Origin: a virus
Taxonomy: Duplodnaviria > Caudoviricetes
DNA length: 62,501 nucleotides
Strand: one strand, 5' to 3'
IMG/VR virus record: IMGVR_UViG_3300017992_000027
Coordinates: 1 to 62,501 of that record
How positions within the stretch are numbered: position 1 is the first letter of the stretch; each line of letters opens with the position of its first letter. The translations under genes were made by a program, and so were the position numbers. Below the pieces are notes generated by a model. That model had not been told where the DNA came from and did no database searches. It saw only the letters and a list, made by a program, of their open reading frames with translations. This document shows positions 1-7,461 of this stretch, piece by piece.

Positions 1-188
1 ATACACCCAACGAACTCATCGCCAGCTGCGAGTGGATCAGCTGGATCAAATCCCGATTCTGCTCGACCGAGAATTGTTCCCGTGCCGTCGAATGCCTTCA
101 CTGCGCCTGCACCGTCTGTTTCCAAAAAGGCACCTGCTGCAATTACGTTTGTGCCTGCTGGGGCACTTATTGTCACTGGTTTTACCAT
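1..188 (-). CDS. Probable capsid cement/decoration protein, runs off the window start
   Basis: Not in the ORF track. ATG at 188 after a GAGGAG RBS; translates MVKPVTISAPAGTNVIAAGAFLETDGAGAVKAFDGTGTILGRAE...; small Gly/Ala-rich protein directly downstream of the major capsid gene. Confidence 0.6.
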   Translation of the reverse strand, partial: MVKPVTISAPAGTNVIAAGAFLETDGAGAVKAFDGTGTILGRAESGFDPADPLAAGDEFVGC

Positions 189-345
189 TGTATATATTCT
201 CCTCGACGTGTCCTTGGACCAGCATTGATTGCTCAACGCATCGCTGTAACCTCATCGATATATGTAATATAGAATTGATCATACACACATTTAAATATAT
301 TCCTTACACATACTTCAATCGATGTAAGTAAATTTGAAGAAATTG

Positions 346-373
346 AAAGAAAGAAAAAATTGGGCGTTAGCCC
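346..373 (-). terminator. Hairpin plus oligo-T terminator after the major capsid gene
   Basis: Minus strand GGGC-TAAC-GCCC followed by AATTTTTTCTTTCTTT, just after the capsid stop codon. Confidence 0.7.
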
Positions 374-376
374 GAT

Positions 377-1390
377 TTATGCAGTTATGCTTGCGATTGC
401 TTGCGGGTAGATGACTGCTAGTACGTAACTCATAAGAGCAACGATTTCACGGTCATATGGATCGCCTGGCAATGCACCCTCGAAGGTTTCAAGCTCGCTT
501 TCTCTTACAAGCATTGCAGCCTTCTTACTGTCAATTACAAGTCCCTGTGCAGCCGTTAGGAATGGTGTTACCACGATATCCATCTGGTTGAACTTTAGAA
601 CAGGCATGTTCACTGTCACGTCGCCAGGTCTGGCGGTTGCGAAGTAGACATGTTCTTTCCAGTCAGTGCTCTTTGCAAGGATTCCCCATGCAGCTGGTGA
701 GACAACAAGATGTGTTGCCAAGAAGCCGAATGGTGTTCCGTTTGCATAGACAGCGCCTTCGACAGATACTTGTGCGTCGATGACTTTGTCGTAAGTGATA
801 CCACCACCGGCTGATGTTGCAGCTCCTGCGGCAAGTCCATTTACGATGTCAGATGCAAGTTTCCTTGTAACTGCGTCAGCAGCGTTTTGTAGAATGAATC
901 TTACGAAGTCATCCATACCACGCTTCATGATCTCCCATGTGATCTTCGTTCCTACTGCAACTTTTCGTGGTGTTACGGTGATGTCGTCGACTCCTTCATC
1001 GAAGTAGCTAACTACTGCACCCTCTGCAACTTCCACTGCAACAGTTGGTTGAAGACGTGGGATTTTATAAGCGCCAAATCCGCCTTTGTCTTTTAGATCG
1101 TCGTTGATGTAGACAAGCTCAAGAATGTTCTTGATATTCTCTACGGCAGCACTATATAGTGTAGTGCTAAGCATGGTCGTGTATGCACCACTTGCAGTTG
1201 AGGTTGTGATGTCTTCTTTGAACTTGACACCATATCCTTCAGCAAGGCGGATTGCATTTCGCGCCCACGTTTCTGTTTTAGCTTTGCGCTGAATCCCTTC
1301 ACACAGCTTCTTACCAACTTCTTCAGTTAGTGCAGTGCCGTGTTCGGAATACTTCATTTGCGAAAGCTTTTCTACTTTGAATTTTCTCAT
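377..1390 (-). CDS. Major capsid protein (HK97 fold)
   Basis: 337 aa; HK97-like E-loop (VAEGAVVSYF...ITVTPRKVAVGTKITWE) and C-terminal YVLAVIYPQAIASI; follows the protease and scaffold genes. Confidence 0.85.
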   Translation of the reverse strand: MRKFKVEKLSQMKYSEHGTALTEEVGKKLCEGIQRKAKTETWARNAIRLAEGYGVKFKEDITTSTASGAYTTMLSTTLYSAAVENIKNILELVYINDDLKDKGGFGAYKIPRLQPTVAVEVAEGAVVSYFDEGVDDITVTPRKVAVGTKITWEIMKRGMDDFVRFILQNAADAVTRKLASDIVNGLAAGAATSAGGGITYDKVIDAQVSVEGAVYANGTPFGFLATHLVVSPAAWGILAKSTDWKEHVYFATARPGDVTVNMPVLKFNQMDIVVTPFLTAAQGLVIDSKKAAMLVRESELETFEGALPGDPYDREIVALMSYVLAVIYPQAIASITA

Positions 1391-1403
1391 GTTTGCTTTC
1401 CTC

Positions 1404-2267
1404 CTAACCCCGGATCAGATGCTTTGCAGCTTCACCGAACTTTGTGTGGATTCCGTTTTCAGCACTCTCCACAAATGCACTCCTTAGTATCGCACTTTCA
1501 GACTGCGGAGCGAGAGGCTGTTCTTCATCGCTTTCATCAAGTTCGTCTCCGAACTGTGATTTGAATTTCTCCTCGAGTTCGTCGATCTGATTCTTAAGAG
1601 CTTCAACGACATCAACAACTTTGCCCATGTCATCTTCCATCTCTCGGAATCGTTCTGTAATTACGGGTTCCTCTTCGTCTTGCTCAGTCAAAGGTTCTTC
1701 CTCTGCGCCATCTTGCTCTTTGTATCGAGCCTTCTCGCGTAGTCGTTTCCCATTACGAACTCTCTCTTTGAGCTTACGCACTCGGCGTAGCCTTTCCATC
1801 AACTCTCCTTCCTCTTCTTCGAGTTCCTCAGCGAGTTCTTCCTCATCCATATTTTCGGATTGGATTTCCTCTGTGTTCTGCGGTGTCTCGTCGCCTATGT
1901 TGTCTCCACCATCGGCTGGAATCGAGTTGTTACTTTTAGGATCAGTTTGAGTATCTACTTCGGCTTCATTTTCTTGCATCCGGGACTCCTCGTCTTCGCC
2001 TTCTTGCTCTTCGAGTTCTTCTTCGTCCTCTAAAGCCTCTTGTTGCTTGCCGTCCTGGATCTCTCCGTGGTCCTGGCTTGCATCAGGAGTGAGCGGCGTA
2101 GTCGGGGTTCCGTCGGCACTACTTGAAGCAGTAGCAGAGACGTCCTGATCCGCTTCGTTTTCACGGTATCTCTTTTTTGCCATACTTTCTTCCTCCACCT
2201 TATGCATCCTCGAGAGCCGCTCGTGCTCTCGCAAGATTGTGATGAGTTGTTCTTTTGTCTTACTCAT
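1404..2267 (-). CDS. Capsid scaffolding protein
   Basis: Very acidic, coiled-coil, low complexity; lies between protease and capsid genes. Confidence 0.7.
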   Translation of the reverse strand: MSKTKEQLITILREHERLSRMHKVEEESMAKKRYRENEADQDVSATASSSADGTPTTPLTPDASQDHGEIQDGKQQEALEDEEELEEQEGEDEESRMQENEAEVDTQTDPKSNNSIPADGGDNIGDETPQNTEEIQSENMDEEELAEELEEEEGELMERLRRVRKLKERVRNGKRLREKARYKEQDGAEEEPLTEQDEEEPVITERFREMEDDMGKVVDVVEALKNQIDELEEKFKSQFGDELDESDEEQPLAPQSESAILRSAFVESAENGIHTKFGEAAKHLIRG

Positions 2268-3067
2268 TGGGTCACCTCTCGCAAGATTCTTGCTACGTCA
2301 TCTTCCCCAAGCGTCCGAATGAATGATTCGGCCATGATCTCAGAACTTACGTACTGAAGATCCTCGAGCGAGCGGGAAAGCAGCTCTTCTACAATAACAG
2401 CTGCTGCCGATAGTTTAGCGTCTTCAATGCTAGGATATGCCTGTTTGAGTAATGGGAATAGCTTTTCAGCTCCTTCACTGCGCAGATCACCTGGCATCAA
2501 CGGTCCACCAATCGCGCCGTCTGCTGTGCTCGTTGTCGCATCATGACGAAGACTAAGCGCCTCCGCGAATGCTGCGGTTGTATCAAGAAATCCTGGAGCG
2601 GGAACAATTGACCCTTCAATGATGTCGCTTACATAAGCTTCAGTAAATGAGAGTCCTGATTCTTGATTGAATCTCTCTTCAACTCTACCACCGATCAATT
2701 GTATTGAAACATGTCGAAGATCTCCTCTTTCGAGCTTTCTGATCATATCGCGTTCATGCGGATCAATATCTGCTTCGTAATGCCATCCAACTCCATCACA
2801 ATATGAATTGATAAAGTGACCAACTGGTAGCGAAGTATCTTCGACTTTGTGATTGTACATAACTGGACGTCCAATCAAATCCTTGTGTTTTTCACGCACA
2901 CTTGCCTCATTATAGAGTACATTGTTTCGTGAGATTTTGTTAAATGGGAGCATAAGACCTTTGAGGATATATTTAGTCTTACCAGTATGCGGATCGATCT
3001 TCTCTGCGAACTGAAAAGTACCTTGTCCTGGTACCCACACTTCTTTCATTAGCTGGGCGGTCTTCAT
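2264..3067 (-). CDS. Prohead maturation protease
   Basis: SRNNVLY, YNH (catalytic His), HVSIQ (catalytic Ser) and EGSIVPAPG motifs of HK97/T4-type prohead proteases. Confidence 0.85.
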   Translation of the reverse strand: MKTAQLMKEVWVPGQGTFQFAEKIDPHTGKTKYILKGLMLPFNKISRNNVLYNEASVREKHKDLIGRPVMYNHKVEDTSLPVGHFINSYCDGVGWHYEADIDPHERDMIRKLERGDLRHVSIQLIGGRVEERFNQESGLSFTEAYVSDIIEGSIVPAPGFLDTTAAFAEALSLRHDATTSTADGAIGGPLMPGDLRSEGAEKLFPLLKQAYPSIEDAKLSAAAVIVEELLSRSLEDLQYVSSEIMAESFIRTLGEDDVARILREVTQ

Positions 3068-3309
3068 TTGTTATCGTTCTCTAGTTCGTCTATCCTGTCG
3101 AGCATTTTATCTTTAGTCCAGCTCATTGGAAACTCTTCGTCATATACATCAGCTGCATATTCAACGAGTTCCGCCTTTGACATATCCTCTAGATAAAATT
3201 CTTCGTCCTCTACGTCTTCTGTGATTGGCTCTGGTTCTGGTTCTGGCTCAGAAACTTGCTCTCTTGCAAGCCATTTTCTCTGTCGACGTGTTAATTGTTC
3301 GTTTGCCAT
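3064..3309 (-). CDS. Small acidic protein with HeH/Rho-N-like helical domain
   Basis: LEDMSKAELVEYAADVY...TKDKMLDRI pattern; late promoter 24 nt upstream. Confidence 0.55.
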   Translation of the reverse strand: MANEQLTRRQRKWLAREQVSEPEPEPEPITEDVEDEEFYLEDMSKAELVEYAADVYDEEFPMSWTKDKMLDRIDELENDNK

Positions 3310-3332
3310 TAGTATTGATGTGTGTTCGCGTC

Positions 3333-3344
3333 TATTTAAAAATA
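3333..3344 (-). promoter_or_regulatory. Late promoter TATA-like motif TATTTTTAAATA
   Basis: Exact 12-mer 24 nt upstream of ATG 3309; the same 12-mer occurs at five other gene boundaries. Confidence 0.7.
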
Positions 3345-3345
3345 T

Positions 3346-3537
3346 TCATGACTTGAACATCTCCTCCATGATTGATATTTTTTCTCGCATGATAAGTTTT
3401 TGTCGAATTCTCTCTTTCTCAGCAGGCCATTTTCCAGTGATCTTCTTATGAATCACAGCGCAATACGCTTCTGGTGAATTCTTGTCAGAGTTCTTTGACA
3501 TGCAGTCATCGAAATCTTTATAGTCTCCGAATGGCAT
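3346..3537 (-). CDS. Small head-module protein
   Basis: PFGDYKDFDDC...PEAYCA motif plus a C-terminal charged helix; translationally coupled to the upstream gene. Confidence 0.6.
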   Translation of the reverse strand: MPFGDYKDFDDCMSKNSDKNSPEAYCAVIHKKITGKWPAEKERIRQKLIMREKISIMEEMFKS

Positions 3538-4007
3538 TAGTCCCAGCCTCCTTCGAGATACACAGGAATGCTTCGATACCCAAGATGCTTGAGAGCAGCA
3601 ACCCTATGATTTCCTTCTTCAATCTTATTCGTGCGAACATTATATAACGGCACAGACCTAAGCTTTTTGCCGCTGTTGATCAAGTCAATTATTCCTTGAA
3701 TCGATTTTCCAAATGAGCCCAGCACATTTCCAGCTCTTCTAGCTGCAAAGTTGATGTCAATGAAAAATACTCCAAGAGTCGGATCTACTTGTTGTGCAGC
3801 AAATAGCTTACCGCTTGACTTATCAGAGGAGAGTGCTTTGAATACAGGACTCTTCCATTCAGCAGAAGTCAATCGTTCGTCTATAAGCTTCGCAGCAAAG
3901 TCTACATTCTTGATCGGAACCATTGCACTTGCATTCAATTTATGAATTAAAGCCTTTGCCTCTGCTACACTCTCATGAAGAAGTAGCAATTTCTCGGTGT
4001 ATCTCAT
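3537..4007 (-). CDS. Putative internal head protein with ParB/Srx-like domain
   Basis: Likely true start MRYTEKL at 4007 (ATGA overlap with the upstream stop); IEEGNHRVAALKHLG matches the ParB-N GxHR motif. Confidence 0.65.
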   Translation of the reverse strand: MRYTEKLLLLHESVAEAKALIHKLNASAMVPIKNVDFAAKLIDERLTSAEWKSPVFKALSSDKSSGKLFAAQQVDPTLGVFFIDINFAARRAGNVLGSFGKSIQGIIDLINSGKKLRSVPLYNVRTNKIEEGNHRVAALKHLGYRSIPVYLEGGWD

Positions 4008-4618
4008 TTTTCGACGTATTTCAGTAGTAGTGTGTAGTACTTCGGGTTCTCTTCGAGATGATCGATTGCAATGCGAGCAGCATCCATTGGATCTTTTGTG
4101 TGCTCGAACTCGATCGGAAGTCCCAAGTGGAATTCCTCCATAGGGAATCCTCCGAAATCGCCCTGAGGCTTCTCTTCGTTCCCGTATATGTCTTCTTTCA
4201 ATTTGGTGAGCTTCTCTGTGTACTTGAATGATTCGACTTGACCTTTCTCCCACTTCCTGAACCAATTATATAGCTCCTGTGCTACGGAGCGTGAGATGTC
4301 GTATGAAACCATGAATTCTTTCACATCATATTCTCTACGGTCTTCAAGCAAGTCTTCCTTCTTGAACATCTTGATCAATGAAGTTGCCTGTGAAGACAAC
4401 TCTCTAAACGATTCATTCAATTTTCTAGAACCAAACTCAGCCTTCATGATATCCATAATCATCGTCTCCTTGTCAGATTTTGAATAAATCTTAAAGTTAC
4501 GTTGAGCAATCTGATATAGTTCGTTTGGAGTTTTCTGCTTCAAAGCTTTATACCTAGATTCTACTTCAGGTCTCCATGCTTCCTTATGTAGGGATTCTAA
4601 TTTCTCTGTGTATTTCAT
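4004..4618 (-). CDS. Putative internal head polyprotein (Rho-N-like plus DUF5661-like domains)
   Basis: MKYTEKL leader and a second internal FKYTEKL; LKQKTPNELYQIA..IYSKSDK resembles Rho-N; C-terminal GLPIEFEHTKD..A.RIAIDHLEENPKYY. Confidence 0.6.
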   Translation of the reverse strand: MKYTEKLESLHKEAWRPEVESRYKALKQKTPNELYQIAQRNFKIYSKSDKETMIMDIMKAEFGSRKLNESFRELSSQATSLIKMFKKEDLLEDRREYDVKEFMVSYDISRSVAQELYNWFRKWEKGQVESFKYTEKLTKLKEDIYGNEEKPQGDFGGFPMEEFHLGLPIEFEHTKDPMDAARIAIDHLEENPKYYTLLLKYVEK

Positions 4619-4821
4619 TATGCGTTCCTCGCGAACATGTACAAGAACTCGAGCACTTCTGCACGTTCGAATCCTTCATCCATGAGTTCTTTCTTGATTC
4701 CTTTCGCTGCACGTTTGAATGCGGTCATGTCAGAAATCTTTGCTAGACCGCCCATACGGTCAATTGCATCTCGACTGAGAGCTTCAGTGTGTAGTGTGTT
4801 TAGCTTCTCTGTGTATCTCAT
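4618..4821 (-). CDS. Putative small internal head protein
   Basis: MRYTEKLNTLHTEA leader shared with neighbouring genes. Confidence 0.6.
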   Translation of the reverse strand: MRYTEKLNTLHTEALSRDAIDRMGGLAKISDMTAFKRAAKGIKKELMDEGFERAEVLEFLYMFARNA

Positions 4822-4825
4822 TTGA

Positions 4826-6532
4826 TTACCTCAAATTAAGAAGATCTTTCAAAGCCTTCCTATCTTCACCAACAGATCCTTTTGCTAGAGCGACTGAAAC
4901 TTGCTCTCTAGGAAATGTGTCGTTAATGCGATCGATTGCTTTGACTGTTCCAGCTACATTACCTGCTCTAGCAAGTGCTTGAACTTTCTTCCAATCAGCA
5001 ATGTCTTTTCTCTTCATTGCTTGATAGTCTGGATCATCCTTCTCATCACGGATCTCTTTTTCACCAGACTTGACTAAAGCATCAATTCGTGAAGCTTGCT
5101 TCTTGAGTAGAGCGGGCATGTTTACTGCTTCTCGTTGTGAACCGTAAGTCTTATCTTTATACCCATCTCGATCTTGAGCAAAATCTTTACCTGCAGCTTG
5201 CTCTGTTTCAGGATCTGGATCGACCTCGCCACCTAAGACGCGTTCAGAAAGTTTTCTGATTCTTTCTTGAAGCTCGGCGTAGTCTGCTCCAGCAGCATTG
5301 TTAGCGAGTTTTGGATATCCAAGCTTCTTGTAAATAGCATTCTGTTCATCAGTACCAAGAGCATTCCAATGTTGACCGTACATCTTCCAAGCCATCTCAT
5401 TTACTTCGTCGTCGCTTGGACCATTTGAAACTGATTCATTATTCTCAGGTGCTGGGATAGTATCTTCAAGTTCTTCACTCGTCTCGTCGCCGAGCTCGAT
5501 TTGTTCGCCAAGTTGCATCTTATCAGAAATTCTCAGAGCTTTCTTGAAATCGCTATCTTTATTGAAAGCAAATGATCGTGTACCACGTGTGTACTCAATC
5601 TTTGCTTTGCTCAGACGATCTTCAAACTCATCCGCTTCCTTATCAGAAGGCATTATAATTGAGTTGAATTCTTTGAATGATTCTTTCTTGATCTCCTTTG
5701 GATCCATTTCGTCAGTTGAGAATTTTGTACCGTCCCATTTGACGATCGGTTTACCACCACGTACGTCAACGACAGTTCCTGAGATCTTGCCCCATGACTT
5801 CGTACGTCCTTGGCCAGAAGTTGAAACTTTATCGCCTTTCTTGAATGATTCAGAATAATCACCCATTACTAGATTGCGAATTTCAAAATCAGATGGATCA
5901 CCTGGTTCAAACATCTTCTTGTTCCCGATCACGACTTTATTACTACCTTTCTGCACAATCAGTGCGTATCCAGCATTTGTGGATACAGAACGTGTTTTGA
6001 AACCTGCTGATTTCAAAGGTTTATCCATATCGAATAAACCAGAAGCAGATTTCATGATATCGATAACCTTATGCTTATCTGCAGTACTCATCGCTTCACT
6101 TCTCTTTGAATCTTTGTTAGAAATAAAAGAACGATATGCTCTGATCGCTGATGCAGCAATCTCATAAGCCTGATCCAGTGTCAATCCTTCTTCGTCTTCC
6201 TGTAGCATGTACGCAATCTCTTGAATACGTGGTTCATCGAATCCTTTCTTGACTCGATTCAGAATGTGTTTGTGTGCCTTCTTAACGAGATCAGCTTTGT
6301 CATCACCGTCAAGAACACTTTCTTTGTACAATTGTTTTATTCGTTGACTAGTGTTCATATGTTCCCTCGAATGTTTTTTGACGAAAGCGTCGAGCCGTCT
6401 CTTGACCTCGGATGCACCCATGCCGAACAGTTGACCAACGATCGCTATATCAATCGTTTCAAGACCTCCAGAAGCAAGTGCTTTCTTAAAATACTCTTCT
6501 GGAGAGGAAAACTGTTCTTTGCGCTTTGTCAT
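4826..6532 (-). CDS. Large multi-domain putative internal head protein/polyprotein
   Basis: Likely start MTKRKEQ at 6532, 26 nt after a late promoter; string of small domains, including an SH3/KOW-like FKKGDKV..GTVVDV..IVKWD unit, separated by K/R-rich Glu linkers. Confidence 0.6.
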   Translation of the reverse strand: MTKRKEQFSSPEEYFKKALASGGLETIDIAIVGQLFGMGASEVKRRLDAFVKKHSREHMNTSQRIKQLYKESVLDGDDKADLVKKAHKHILNRVKKGFDEPRIQEIAYMLQEDEEGLTLDQAYEIAASAIRAYRSFISNKDSKRSEAMSTADKHKVIDIMKSASGLFDMDKPLKSAGFKTRSVSTNAGYALIVQKGSNKVVIGNKKMFEPGDPSDFEIRNLVMGDYSESFKKGDKVSTSGQGRTKSWGKISGTVVDVRGGKPIVKWDGTKFSTDEMDPKEIKKESFKEFNSIIMPSDKEADEFEDRLSKAKIEYTRGTRSFAFNKDSDFKKALRISDKMQLGEQIELGDETSEELEDTIPAPENNESVSNGPSDDEVNEMAWKMYGQHWNALGTDEQNAIYKKLGYPKLANNAAGADYAELQERIRKLSERVLGGEVDPDPETEQAAGKDFAQDRDGYKDKTYGSQREAVNMPALLKKQASRIDALVKSGEKEIRDEKDDPDYQAMKRKDIADWKKVQALARAGNVAGTVKAIDRINDTFPREQVSVALAKGSVGEDRKALKDLLNLR

Positions 6533-6557
6533 ATCAAGTTGTTTAGAGACATCCGTA

Positions 6558-6569
6558 TATTTAAAAATA
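6558..6569 (-). promoter_or_regulatory. Late promoter motif TATTTTTAAATA
   Basis: Exact 12-mer 26 nt upstream of ATG 6532. Confidence 0.7.
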
Positions 6570-6575
6570 TACATT

Positions 6576-6809
6576 TCACTCCTTGCGTTTAACACGCTTG
6601 TAAAAGATCGCTCTCGGACTGCTCCCAGCCGGCTTCACGCCTTGCCTTTCGACAATAAACTTCGCTTTCTTCATCCAGCGAATGAGATGCCAAGACTCAG
6701 AATTCGAGAGACCAAACTCTTCAGCAATCTGTTGTCTACTCTTTGATCGTTCTAAGAACTCGAGTACTTCATTGATCGAATACTTACTTTTCTTCTCCAA
6801 CAGCAGCAC
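6576..6809 (-). CDS. Winged-HTH DNA-binding protein
   Basis: VLEFLERSKSRQQIAEEFGLSNSESWHLIRWMKKAKFI HTH pattern. Confidence 0.6.
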   Translation of the reverse strand: MLLLEKKSKYSINEVLEFLERSKSRQQIAEEFGLSNSESWHLIRWMKKAKFIVERQGVKPAGSSPRAIFYKRVKRKE

Positions 6810-7245
6810 CCCAGATCTCTATTCCTTTCGTGTTGTTATCACGATTGGTCCGGAGCTGCTTTTCCAATGCGACGAATTGGTCTTCTAGTGCTTTCTTGCT
6901 ATTGGCTCTAAACGTCTCTATGTTATTGAGCCACTCTTGCTTCTTTTTGCATTCTTCCTTCCAGTTCGTCCAGACTTCATCTTTCGTGAGTGTAAGATCT
7001 TTGAGCACTTGCTCTTTCATACGATCAACTTGGTTGTCCGCTTCTTCGTATGCATTCTCTTTAGATTCGTCCAATCCATCGAGTACGTGGTTGATGTCTT
7101 CTAGCTCCTTCTTGAAACTAGCTACAATGCCTTTGGCATTCTCTTCATAATATTCTTGCTCAACGAAGAGCTTGTAGATCTTCTGATCTCCACGTGTCTC
7201 TGGAATGACTTCTCGTCTTGTCTCCTTTACGTTTTCGATTTCCAT
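6784..7245 (-). CDS. Coiled-coil hypothetical protein
   Basis: 153-aa charged helical ORF within the operon. Confidence 0.55.
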   Translation of the reverse strand: MEIENVKETRREVIPETRGDQKIYKLFVEQEYYEENAKGIVASFKKELEDINHVLDGLDESKENAYEEADNQVDRMKEQVLKDLTLTKDEVWTNWKEECKKKQEWLNNIETFRANSKKALEDQFVALEKQLRTNRDNNTKGIEIWGAAVGEEK

Positions 7246-7460
7246 TATTTCTTCCCTACTCTATATACATAGAATGCAAACCAGATTGTGAGCAGAATCA
7301 TTATGAATCCTGCAAACCAGTTGTACATCATGAACATATATCTGATGCAAGTGTAAAACGCAAACGCTAAGATGAGGAACGCAACAACTGCTTCAACCAT
7401 CTCTTGCTTCATATGCGAATCACTTCTTGTTTGAATGTTGATTTTTATCTTGTCTGTCAT
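7245..7460 (-). CDS. Small membrane protein (2 TM)
   Basis: Two hydrophobic helices and a basic C-terminus. Confidence 0.55.
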   Translation of the reverse strand: MTDKIKINIQTRSDSHMKQEMVEAVVAFLILAFAFYTCIRYMFMMYNWFAGFIMILLTIWFAFYVYRVGKK

Positions 7461-7461
7461 C

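Noticed and set aside
32-331. ORF-track ORFs 32-331(+) and 46-288(-)
   Set aside because: Atypical composition; the better-supported gene is in another minus-strand frame starting at 188 with a clear RBS.
3537-4265. 242-aa version of the ParB-like ORF
   Set aside because: The first 86 codons overlap the upstream gene out of frame; the MRYTEKL start at 4007 with an ATGA overlap is far more plausible.
4665-4674. GTTCGAATCC T-loop-like sequence suggesting a tRNA
   Set aside because: It lies antisense within a coding gene with no cloverleaf around it.
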